A stretch of 64,000 nucleotides of DNA. Source: Anthoceros angustus. Its lineage: Eukaryota; Plantae; Anthocerotophyta. Below are positions 49,136 to 60,250 of this stretch, one piece after another (positions within the stretch are counted from its first letter, which is position 1; the number at the start of each line of letters is the position of its first letter). The stretch is taken from positions 124,001 through 188,000 of the forward strand of contig MU008203.1 in NCBI GenBank assembly GCA_010909165.1, in the 5' to 3' direction. A program made the translations under genes and the position numbers. Below the pieces are notes generated by a model, which did no database searches, had not been told where the DNA came from, and worked only from the letters and a program-made list of their open reading frames with translations.

Positions 49136-50135
49136 CTACCTAAAGTCACCTGCTGCACCCACAATGTCATATGCAGGAAGAAGAAATGGCCTGCAAACCA
49201 CGGAGGTAGAGGAAGATGCATCACCTACTGTCGCCGCATTGTGGAGGATGGCCGTTGAGAGCGCCCGTTGAAAGGCAATTAAAACCCATTGTCGGAAGTA
49301 TGCTGTGAAGTAGGAGAGGGTCAACCCCGTACCGTGCCTGCGCACATGGTAAGATTTGGCACAGGACTTGACAAATTTGTCAAAGTCCTCATCCATTACC
49401 ATACGTTTCTAGTGCAAGCGGAATAAAGAGGTGGCCCGCTTGCATCCTGCTATATTTGCGGACCTTGAGATGGCCCGCTTGCATCCTGCTATATTTGTGG
49501 ACCTTGAGATGGCCCGCTTGCATCTTGCTACATTTGCGGAGCTTGAGAGCCGTTGTTCCGGCAGCAGCCCAACCTGGCCAGTTAGTGATGACCTGAGCGA
49601 AGATGTGTCACGTGAAGGATCAATAACCACTACATCCATCTGCCACCGAAACCTGGTTGCTACGGACAAGGTACAGGTCAGCCCTGAGTGAACGACATGT
49701 ACGGAGAGTATACCTCGCTCCCTCTAGGCCTTGTAGCCGCTTTCGCGAGTGATGGCGAACATGATATCGCGGATGGCATCGTGGGTGGCAATACGATGAC
49801 CATGGGGACAACGAGCAAGGTGTATTCCAGAATCATCGAGGGTAGAGCTACACTCGCAAGTAAGGAGCGAAGAAGCCATAGGCTGGAGCAAGCCAAGACG
49901 GAATCGCATCGCAGTGAAGGTGGTTGGTGCGATATGAAACCCCGTATGCATGGATGTGAAACCCCGTATGCATGGGCGAGCCAATAGCCAAGCACCTGCA
50001 CCCTTCCCAAAACAAGAGCGAGCCGGGCTCTTGTGGTCTTGGGATGGAGGGGTCCAGTAGGACAAACAGGAAAGCTTGGCCGGGTTGCTTCTCGAATGGG
50101 ATGGAGGTCCAGATGGGACAACAGAAAGCTTGGCG
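49136..50135 (-). mobile_element. 3' fragment of a CRE/R2-type non-LTR retrotransposon (CCHC knuckle plus restriction-like endonuclease region), degenerate
   Basis: RARSCFGKGAGAWLLARP..FTAMRFRLGLLQP..CECSSTLDDSGIHLARCPHGHRIATHDAIRD; RADL..DVVVIDPSR; YFRQWVLIAFQRALSTAI. Confidence 0.75.
49428..49540. repeat. 36-bp tandem repeat x3 inside the LINE fragment (gagatggcccgcttgcatcctgctatatttgcggacctt)
   Basis: Direct inspection. Confidence 0.88.
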
Positions 50136-50139
50136 AATT

Positions 50140-50295
50140 GTACTGAGCAGGATGCTGCAACCCCGAAACCAAGGATGCCTGCAACCCCCAAAAACCAGGA
50201 TGCCTGCAACCCGCTGAAACCAGGGATGCCTGCAACCCCCTAAAACCAGGGATGCCTGCAACCCCCTAAAACCAGGGATGCCCTGCAACCCCCTA
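50140..50295. repeat. ~24-bp tandem repeat x6 (gatgcctgcaacccccaaaaaccagg)
   Basis: Direct inspection. Confidence 0.88.
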
Positions 50296-50313
50296 TAACC
50301 AGCGATGATAAAT

Positions 50314-50456
50314 GTCATGATGTTATTCTTATGGGTACACAGTTGCCTATTCACTCATTGTCATGATGATATTATTCTTATGGGTACACAGTTGCCTATT
50401 CACTCATTGTCATGATGATGTTATTCTTATGGGTACACAGTTGCCGATTCACTCAG
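50314..50456. repeat. ~47-bp tandem repeat x3 (tcatgatgttattcttatgggtacacagttgcctattcactcattg)
   Basis: Direct inspection. Confidence 0.9.
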
Positions 50457-50849
50457 TTATCTGCCTTTCAAGCTCTTGAGGTTCGGGTCGGGCTCATGGG
50501 AGCCAGCCGTATGGTGTGGTCGTACGAAGTACATAACTGCCTTTCGAGCTCGTGAGGTTTGGGTCGGGCTCATGGGCCTGCGTCTCAATCTCCGAGGCAA
50601 TCACTGCTTCGCGCGTGTGAAGGCTGGCGTGGCATGCCATGCCTCGCCCATCACGATGCTCTCTCATCGTGGTATACTTTAAACGCGCGCACCATGTACA
50701 GGTCCATACAGGATGTCACTGCCGTATTTTGCCCAGCACGGCACAACCCCTAGTATACGCACCCACCACAACGAGGTTGTGATGTAAACCAACCATGCTT
50801 GATTTTAGAACCGTGCGCGAGTATGAACTGAGCGCGGGTGTCTTAAACA

Positions 50850-50955
50850 AACCATCCCAAAGACAAAGCAGTTAACCTAAACCAAGCACCCAAAGACAAA
50901 CAGATTAACCTAAACCAAGCACCCAAAGACAAACACATTAACCTAAACCAAGCAT
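50850..50955. repeat. ~35-bp subterminal tandem repeat x3 in the MULE (caaagacaaa..ttaacctaaaccaagcacc)
   Basis: Direct inspection. Confidence 0.85.
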
Positions 50956-50978
50956 TCGGCGCCAAGCGTGCTCCGTCC

Positions 50979-53128
50979 ATGGAGTGTCCGCTGAAGGTGC
51001 AATTTTGTGGCTTGGTCAATTTCGCACGAGAATCTAACTTGGCGGTTTTGAAGGATTTGAAGATTGCCTACATTCCATGGAATAGAGTAGAAGATTTCAT
51101 TTCGGTGAAGGCTTCAAATGTGCTGCAAGTTTCTATCGGAAGGATTCAAAGACTCAAAATTCACTACCACCACCAATTGTGCCGTCCTTAGACACCGCAA
51201 TCACATATATCGTACTTTCGCAACTTCCAAGTTCTCTACACTAATTTCCACGACCATTTGGGTTTCTGGCTTGGTGGCCTCTGTCCATGTGCTTTCTTTG
51301 CCTTAAGTTGAAGCCAAATCTTGGTATTTGTGTGTGTTTCTATGTAGGTATTGGTGTTCATATGGACGGAGGATTTCATGCTACCACACCCAAGAATGTG
51401 CGCATGAAGACCGGATGTATGGCCAATTTTGTTGTGAAGCGATTGCGCTTATTCCTGAAGTTGCTCAAATCCTTCTTCATGAAGAGGCGACGAGATCGAG
51501 CAGTGATATCCGTCATGGTCCGAGTATGTGGGACACCCTAAATTGTCTAGAGCTCCTTGGATCTCGAAGAGAAAAAGGATTGGGTTAAACATTGTCTTTA
51601 TTGCAAGGTATCGTGTCGGAGATTATGCGTCGGCATGTTGCGATTGTGTCGAGAAGATGAGTCACTACATAGGACATGAGCGTGGTGGTGACGTCGAGAT
51701 GACTACATGCGGAGGATGTGTTGAACATGAAGCGACAAGTGGAAGCGGGTGAGTGGAAACTAGACCACGATGATGTAAAGTCCACGAGATGTGGCTCAAA
51801 GTGAATCTTGACCTTATCTTCCATAGATCGAACTGGTGAACCTTTTGTTTTAGGGTTGCAAACTCCTTTCATGCGGCATATGTTCATCAAGCATGGTAAC
51901 AATAGTGTGTTAGCCATGGACGCCACATTTGGTATGAACAAGTATAGGTACCACTTATTTACGGTGATGGTTTTGATCAACACCTTAATGGTATTCCAGC
52001 TTGGGCACTAACACGGAGGCTACTATACTTTCTTTGGTATCATGGTTGACGCCACTCAGGCATGTCGCTCTTACAACATGTGCAACATGGGTCCCTAGTT
52101 GCTTCTAGTTGATGATTGTTTTAGCGAGATAGGTGCCTTTAAAGCGGTATGGGGCCAACATACATGTTGTGTTGTGTCTATGGCATGTAAGGAAGGCTGG
52201 CGTGAACCTTTTAAAGAAGGTAAAGTGCATTATTGCAAGGAAGAAGATTTGGGCAGCTCTTGCGGAGATCATGTATGTCAGAGGCCATAATACGCAAGAT
52301 GGTACAGTCGCATGGGGTAAGGTATTGTTAGAGTTCTTCTACAAGGAGTGGCATGGAAGTCAACCAGCCTTTGTTGAGTATTTCAAGAAGCAGTGGGGTG
52401 ACTCTATAGGTATTATTCTTTGCCCAAAGTGCACTAGTTTCTTTGTGCGGTAAGGGTTGCTTGAATGGATGTTTACATGGTGTCGGCTGTGTGTAATAAT
52501 GTTTCGCATTTCGTTATGCCGGACATGTGGTTGAAGAAGCTGAGGATGTTTCCCCACCGGACAAGATACCACGCTCACGGAGGCCTTTCATCGATTCTTG
52601 AAGGAAAGAGTATCTTTTACCAAGGCTGCGTTGCGGAAGGCGTATGGATTGGCTTCTTCATCAACTTGTGAGCAGGTAGCACTTCACGGTACCTTGATTT
52701 CACCAAGAGGGGTTACAAGGAATTTAAAACTCGAGAAGGTATATGAGCATGTTTTGTCCATGAGCACCATCGAACAGTCATATTCCGTCTGTAGTTGGGT
52801 CTCTTGCATATTGCATGTCCTCGAGGATAGTGACAAGGTTTACGTCATTGAGGCACATTCTCCATGGGCATTTTGTACTTGTGGGATGGGGCGAGAAAGG
52901 ATTCATTTGCAACATGTTGTGAAGGTGCAACGGTATGTGGTATATTTGAACATACTTCGATTATTGCGCCTTGCTTGGTGTACCAATGGATCTTATGTTC
53001 GGGCACAAGAAGAAGGAAGAACATTACGACCTAAATCTTGTTCGAGAATGAGATATCACATGATAATCATGTTCGTGATACAACGGCAATCTGTCAATCT
53101 TGTCGCACATCTTCCCATCAACCTGTAG
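50979..53128 (+). pseudogene. MULE transposase (DDE plus SWIM), multiply frameshifted
   Basis: KTGCMANFVVKRL; FVLGLQTPF..NSVLAMDATFGMNKYRYHLFTVMV; LVDDCFSEIGAFKAV..VLCLWHVRKA; SWIM-like AFCTCGMGRERIHLQHVVKV. Confidence 0.88.
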
Positions 53129-53409
53129 CTTGGAGGAGTTGAAGTCAAACGACGCCGAGACTTGGATGCAATCATGGGGTATTCCAAGCATTGTGGAAGC
53201 CAAGCTCGCTATTTTGTTTGAGGTCTGCAATAATGGAACAAGCACAACATCGTATTAGGGAAGTTGCATTTCGGTGGGCGAGGCCTCAAGCGATAAACCG
53301 GTATTAGAGGAGTTTGTTCAATGACGGGACCAACCGTTAGTGCGTTCAAGGGCATTGAAGAACGCTCAAGACCAAGAAGAAAAAGTGATTACTTTGTGAC
53401 ACCTTTAGG

Positions 53410-53600
53410 CTAAGGGCTGAAGAATTTTGCAATCGAGGGCTGAAAAATTTTGCAATCGAGGGCTGAAAAATTTTGCAATCGAGGGCTGAAAAATTTTGCA
53501 ATCGAGGGCTAAGAATTTTGCAATCGAGGCTAAGAATTTTGCAATCGAGGCTGAGGAATTGCAATCGAGGGCTGAGGAATTGCAATCGAGTGAGGCTGCA
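53410..53600. repeat. ~20-22-bp tandem repeat x~9 (gggctgaaaaattttgcaatcga), inside the MULE
   Basis: Direct inspection. Confidence 0.9.
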
Positions 53601-53687
53601 AAATTTGGAGGAATTTGTTCAGACTGTTTCTGACCTTGTATAGCCTGGACTCCTTTACTAGGATGTTTTACAAATTAGTACAATAAT

Positions 53688-53762
53688 GAAGGCTACTGTA
53701 TGGCTAGAAGGCTACTGTATGGCTAGAAGGCTACTGTATGGCTAGAAGGCTACTGTATGGCA
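53688..53762. repeat. 19-bp tandem repeat x~4 (gaaggctactgtatggcta), inside the MULE
   Basis: Direct inspection. Confidence 0.9.
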
Positions 53763-54179
53763 ATTTCCTACCTGAACAATTCTGATTCAAAAATACGTCC
53801 CATCCACGATGTCCCCTGCCTTTGCTAGTTGTCCTCCCTCACTTTGGTGAACAGACATCAAGACTCCAACCGGCAGGTTTACCGAGGTCACGAGTACCTG
53901 AGATAGCTGTGGGGCTGGCCAAGTGCATCTCCAGTTGTGACTTATACGAGCCTGCCCTCCAAGCAGCTTTACCTGCATCATTTCTAGGGGCCCCTGCAAA
54001 GATGAACCTACAAAAACACTTCCTCCCGCACAACAGTCCGTCTGCTTCCAACAGTACATACTAGCGATGCTGTTTATCGCTGCCATACTCGGCTCATCAC
54101 CCAGCTCTGCATTTGACCCCCAGAACTTGCCATCCACCGGGAATGGAGCCGATCACACATCACTCATCAGAATTTGAGT

Positions 54180-54600
54180 GGCAGAAGAGCCATCGACGAC
54201 CGCGGCGTCCCAACCCGCCACATCCCCACCTCCCCGCCTGCGGCCTCCCAAGGCCGCCCAGCCTGTGGCCTCCCAGCCTCCCCCGCCCGCGCCCCCGCCT
54301 CCCAGCCTCCCCGCCTGCGGCCTCCCCGCCCCGCGGCCTCCCAGCCTGGCCTCCCAGCCTCCCAGCCCGCCCAGCCTCCCCCGCCCGCGGCGTCCCAGCC
54401 TCCCCGCCTGCGGCCTCCCAGCCCCGCCTGCGGCCTCCCAGCCTGCCCCCCCCGCCTGCGGCCTCCCCGCCTGCGGCCTCAGCCCGCCCCGCGGCCTCCC
54501 AGCACCCCTCCACCCGCCCTCCCTCCCTCCCCGCGCCCCGCCCTCCCTCCCGTCCTCGCGCCCCGCGCCTCCCGTCCTCGCGTCCTCCCAGATCGCTCCT
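54180..54600. repeat. Very GC-rich, C-skewed degenerate microrepeat (ccccgcctgcggcctcccag) adjoining the right MULE TIR
   Basis: Direct inspection; open on several frames. Confidence 0.75.
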
Positions 54601-54984
54601 GCCTTCCGTTTTGAGACACCCGCGCTCAGTTCATACTCTCGCGCACGGTTCTAAAGTCAAGCATGGTTGGTTTACATCACAACCTCGTTGTGGTGGGTGC
54701 GTATACTGGGGTTGTGCCGTGCTGGGCAAAATACGGCAGTGACGTCCTGTATGGACCTGTACATGGTGTTGCGTTTAAAGTATACCACGATGAGAGAGCA
54801 TCGTGATGGGCGAGGCATGGCATGCCACGCCAGCCTTCACACGCGCGAAGCATTCATTGCTTCGGAGATTGAGACGCAGGCGGGCTCATGGGAGCCAGCC
54901 CGGATTGTGTGGTCGTACAAAGTACCTGGGCATCCTGCCACAAGTCTGTTGTTAGACTCATCTTCCGGCAGCGGTTCCTGAACG

Positions 54985-57900
54985 ATGGTCACAGTATGGC
55001 AACCGGACCCGTTGTGGACCCAACAAAGTGGTGTATGTACAGGGATTCTACTAGGAGCTCCCGCTCACCTCACTTTAGGGAGTCAACCCCTGGCAAACAA
55101 AGCCTCCAGGTGCTGCAGTGTGAGGAGCCCAGCAATTCCACTTCCGATGAAATGTGTGCGTGGGGACGGGTTTTCCAACGATGGTCGTCGCCAGGAGCAG
55201 GAGCACTTGTGGCAACAATTTTTTCTGGACCCTTCCATGTGGTGGGACAACAGACGAGACAAGAAGAGCTCGCGTTCGCCTGACTTCCGGCGTAAGTGCT
55301 CCGGCGAGGTGCTGTGGTTAAACAGCATGTTTAAGCCAGCTTGGGTTGATGAGCAGCTCGTTTCCTTGGATATGCAGATGGGTGATGGTGCCTCTCCTTC
55401 CGAGTCCAGCTCTCCGGGTAAGCCTGAACCTGGTAGGCGTGCAGGGTCGGAAATAGGCGTCATTACGGCTGTAACCATGAGCACGTTATGTCAGCAGGGG
55501 AAGCTTTCTGAGGCCGTTAGAGCCCTGGAATCTCTGGCGCAGACGGACTCTGCTGTTTCTCAGTCTATGCTTTGCACTGTGCTGAAACTGTGTACAGCCA
55601 AGAAGGATTTCGTTGTCGGGCGACGGGTTCATGACCTCAGTGTCAAACTTGGGTTCGAGTCGAATGCGTACTTGGGGAACCATATCTTGCGCATGTATGC
55701 ATGTGGAGGTAGGCTAGAGGAGGCCATGGATGTGTTCACCAAGGTGGTCAGACCGGATGCCTTCATGTGGTCTTCCATAATCTCGGCTTACGCTAAGCAT
55801 GGGGAACCTACTGAGGCCGTACAACTGTACCATGAGATGCGCAGGTCAGGAGTGAAGGCGGATGCTCACGTCTTTGTAGCTGCCCTTCAAGCTTGTGCAT
55901 TAGCAGCCGATTTGGAATCTGGCAGAAAAGTGCACTCTGATGTGGTGCAGAGTGGCATTGCTCCTGACTTGTTTGTCGGCAACGGCCTGGTGGACATGTA
56001 TGCAAAATGTGGCGAACTGGAAAGTGCACGCCAGGTTTTTGACAGCATGGCCACAAAGGATGTGGTGACATGGACAGTGCTGATTGCTGGGTATTCCCAG
56101 CAAGGGCTCGGACATGAGGCACTTGTTGTGTATGGACAAATGGAGCAGGAGGGGCTCATTTTGGCTAACCATGTTACTTTTGCTTGCCTTCTGAAGGCCT
56201 GTGCAAGCACTGGTGCCTTACAGAAGGGCAGGCAGCTGCACTCACAGATTGTTGAAAGAGGACTGCTGGATAACGTTATGGTGGGCAACTGCCTGGTGGA
56301 TATGTATGTAAAATGTGGTGAACTGCAAAACGCTCGCCAGGTTTTTGACAGCATGAACACGAAGGATGTGGTGACATGGACCACCCTCATAGCCGGGTAT
56401 GCTGCGGAAGCTCTCGGCCAAGAGGTACTTGTTCTGTATGGACAAATGGAGCAGGAGGGCCTGATTTTGGCTAACCATGTTACTTTTGTTTGCCTTCTGA
56501 AGGCTTGTGCAGGCACTGGTGCCTTACAGAAGGGCAGGCAGCTGCACTCACAGATTGTCGAAAGAGGACTGCTGGATAACGTGTGGGCAACTGCCTGGTG
56601 GACATGTATGCAAAATGTGGTGAACTGGAAGATGCACGCCAGGTATTTGACAGCATGGTCACAAAGGATGTGGTGACATGGACCTCCCTGATTGCTGGTA
56701 TGCACAGCAAGGGCTCGCCAAGAGGCGCTTGTGTGTATGGACAAATGGAGCAGGAGGCCATTTTGGCTAACCATGTTACTTTTGCTTGCCTTCTGAAGGC
56801 AAGCACTGGTGCCTTACAGAAGGGCAGGCAGCTGCACTACAGATTGTTGAAAGAGGACTGCTGGATAACATAGTGGTGGGCAACTGCCTGGTGGACATGT
56901 ATGCAAAATGTGGTGAACTGAAGATGCACGCCAGGTTTTTGACAGCATGAACAAAGGATGTGGTGACATGGACCACCTGATAGCTGGGTATGCAGCAAGG
57001 ACTCGCCAAGAGGTACTTGTTCTGTATGGACAAATGGAGCAGGAGGGCCTGATTTTGGCTAACCATGTTACTTTTGTTTGCCTTCTGAAGGCTTGTGCAG
57101 GCACTGGTGCCTTACAGAAGGGCAGGCAGCTGCACTCACAGATTGTCGAAAGAGGACTGCTGGTGGATAACGTAGTGTTGGGCAACTGCCTTGTGGACAT
57201 GTATGGAAAATGTGGCGAACTGAAGGATGCACGCCAGGTATTTGACAGCATGGTCACAAAGGATGTGGTGACATGGACCTCCCTGATAGCCGCGTTTGCT
57301 GAGCAAGGGCTCTGCCAAGAGGCACTTATTGTGTATGGACAAATGGAGCAGGAGGGCCGGGTTTTTGCTAACCATGTTACTTTTGCTTGCCTTCTGAAGG
57401 CGTGTGCAAGCAGTGGTGCCTTACAGAAGGGCAGGCAGCTGCACTTACAGATTGTTGAAAGAGGACTGTTGGATAACATAGTGGTGGGCAACTCCCTGGT
57501 GGACATGTATGCGAAATGTGGTGAACTGGAAGATGCACGCCAAGTCTTTGACAGCATGAACACAAAGGATGTGGTGACGTGGACCACCCTGATAGCCGGG
57601 TATGCTGAGCAAGCTCTCGGCCAAGAGGTGCTTGTTTTGTATGGACAAATGGAGCAGGAAGGCTTGGTTCTGGCGAACCATGTTACTTTTGCTTGCCTTC
57701 TGAAGGCCTGTGCAAGCACTGGTGCCTTACAGAAAGGCAGGCAGCTGCACTCACAGATTGTTGAAAGAGGACTGCTGGGTAATGTAGTGGTGGGCAACTC
57801 CCTGGTGGACATGTATGCAAAATGTGGTGAACTGGAGGATGCACGCCAGGTTTTTGACAGCTTGGCTACAAAGGATGTGGTGACATGGAATGCCCTGATA

Positions 57901-59403
57901 GCTGGGTTTGCACAGCAAGGACTCGGCCAAGAGGCTCTTGCTTTGTATGGACAAATGGAGGAGGAGGGCCTAATTTTGCCCGATCATGTTACTTTTGCTT
58001 GCCTTCTGAAGGCCTGTGCAAGCACTGGTGGCTTACAGACGGGCAGGCAGCTGCACTCACAGATTGTGGAAAGAGGACTGCTGGATAACGTAGTGTTGGG
58101 CAACTCCCTGGTGGACATGTATGCAAAATGTGGTGAGCTGGAAGATGCACGCCAGGTTTTTGACAGCTTGACATCAAAGGATGTGGTGACGTGGAATGCC
58201 CTGATAGCTGGGTATGCACAGCAAGGACTCGGCCAAGATGCGCTTGTTGTGTACGGACAAATGGAGCAGGAGGGTCTGATTTTGGCTAACCACGTTACTT
58301 TTGCTTGCCTTCTGAAGGCCTGTGGGATCACTGGTGCCTTACAGAAGGGCAGGCAGCTGCACTCACAGATTGTGGAAAGAGGACTGCTGGATACTGTACT
58401 GGTGGGCAACGGCCTGGTGGATATGTATGCTAAGTGTGGTGAACTGAAAGCTGCACGCCAGGTTTTTGACAGCTTGGCCACAAAGGATGTGGTGACTTGG
58501 AATGCCCTGATATCCGGGTATGGTGCTAATGATGATGGTCACAGAGCACTAACTTGTTTTGAGGAGATGTTAGTTGCTGGTGTTCAGCCTGATGGTGCTA
58601 CTTTCACTTGCCTTCTAGTAGCATGCAGTCATGAGGGACTGGTCCAAGAGGGTCGCCAGCACTTTGATTCCATGACTGAACAGCACGGCATCAAACCTAC
58701 TGTTGAGCATTACAATAGCATGATTGATCTTCTTGGGCGTGCAGGCCATTTGGACGAGGCAGAGAAGGTGCTATTATTATATGAGGGCCAAAATAATGTT
58801 GTGGGCTTGACGTCTTTGTTAAATGCGTGCAAAAGTCACGGGGATGTGGAGAGGGCGATGTGGTGTTTTAAAAACATTGTTAAGCTGGAACCTCAAAACG
58901 CATCTGCGCATGTGCTCATGGCCAATGCCTACGCAGATGCAGGTAGGTGGACCGATGTAGACAGGATTGAAACTCAGAGAAAGGCAGCTGGAGCTAACAA
59001 GAAACCGGCCATGGCGAGTATTGAGGTGGAAAAGGAGGTACATACGTTTCTGGTTGGAGAAAAAAGAGAGGATATTGCGGTTACGGTAGAGAGCACGAAT
59101 GCACGTCTGAAGCAGCAAGGAGGCCACGTACCCCACACAAATTTGGTGTTGAAGCCATTGTGTGAGAAGGAAAAGGAAGATGCGCTTTGTGGGCATGCTG
59201 AGAAGCTAGCTCTGGCGTTTGGTCTCTTGAACACTCCGAGCGGGACTCCTCTGGTGGTAACGAAGAATCTACGCATGTGCAGTGACTGCCACAGTTCCAC
59301 GGAGGTCATGTCAAGGCTTGAACAGAGAAACATTGTTGTAAGGGATGGGTACCGTGTGCATCGATTCACTGCTGGTTCTTGCAGTTGCAAGGGTCGACCC
59401 TGA
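54985..59403 (+). CDS. PLS-class PPR with an N-terminal OSB-type PDF motif and a C-terminal DYW:KP ('GRP') domain; frameshifts confined to 56580-57010; true start may be ATG 54888
   Basis: PDF motif LWQQFFLDPSMWWDNRRDKKSSRSPDFRRKCSGEVLWL; 306-bp P-L-S triplets; E1/E2; KKPAMASIEV..HVPHTNLV..LCGHAEKLALAFGLLNTPSGTPLVVTKNLRMCSDCHS..RVHRFTAGSCSCKGRP*. Confidence 0.9.
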
Positions 59404-60250
59404 GAATGAAGAAGTAGCCAGTGCTCAAGTGTCTACTATGCCAGGGAATGTTGCTTTCGGGGGGAATGTGCTTGCCTAAATCCATCCCTGTCCAAAGTGA
59501 GACATGGACATGGATGGGTAATAATACTGATCCACCTCTCAAATACGAAGATATCAGACTTGGGTGGCGCCTGCCTCGTCTGGGGGCTTGCAATTTGGTA
59601 GGGTCACGGAGTTGGGCGAGCTCACTTGCGAGGGATGGGCAGCTGTAGGAGATCGGTGATGGGGGGTGCAGCCCTCAAGTTTGGCTCAGATCCCATGGAA
59701 TCAGGGCTGAACTTGCCGGATTGAGCTTGCAGCCAGGGCAGGGAGCGCCCGACGAGGGCGTCCGCGGTTTGGTGGAGCTGGGGAGGCACTAACCCAGCAG
59801 ATCAGACGCGAGGCTCTCCACAATCGAGTTCTCCATTTCTCGCACAATCTTAGGGTGGGAGATTAGCTGTCCATTGTTGCCCCAAACGCTATGACCTCGG
59901 ATCGGCAGTCATGTCTGCTTCCAAGATGGTTTTTGTGGAGGCTTCCGAGAAGTGCGTCCTGCATCAGTTCCTCACTGCATGTTGGTGGTGCTCTTGACCC
60001 ACACAATCACAATGCTACGCTCCTGTTACATGCCTCCTCCCCAGGTATCTTTGCATCACATGTTGGTCCCTCCTACATATCGGTCAGTGAAGCTTTGAAT
60101 CAACGAACAAGTGTTTTTATGCACTTCGCTGATGACGCATGAAACATGCCCCGCTCTATGTAGCTTCAGTATGTGAGCATCACTGGTGATGTAGATTAAC
60201 TGACAGACGTCAACGTGAGGAAGTCAAACCTTTGGTTACAATCCCGTTTG

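Larger units (their letters stand above)
50576..54881 (+). mobile_element. Mutator-like DNA transposon (MULE), 4306 bp; ~268-bp TIRs (50576-50843 and 54614-54881); 10-bp TSD GGGCTCATGG (50566-50575 and 54882-54891)
   Basis: The TIRs are near-perfect reverse complements (gcctgcgtctcaatctccga... / ...tcggagattgagacgcaggc); identical 10-bp flanks; internal transposase remnants. Confidence 0.95.
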
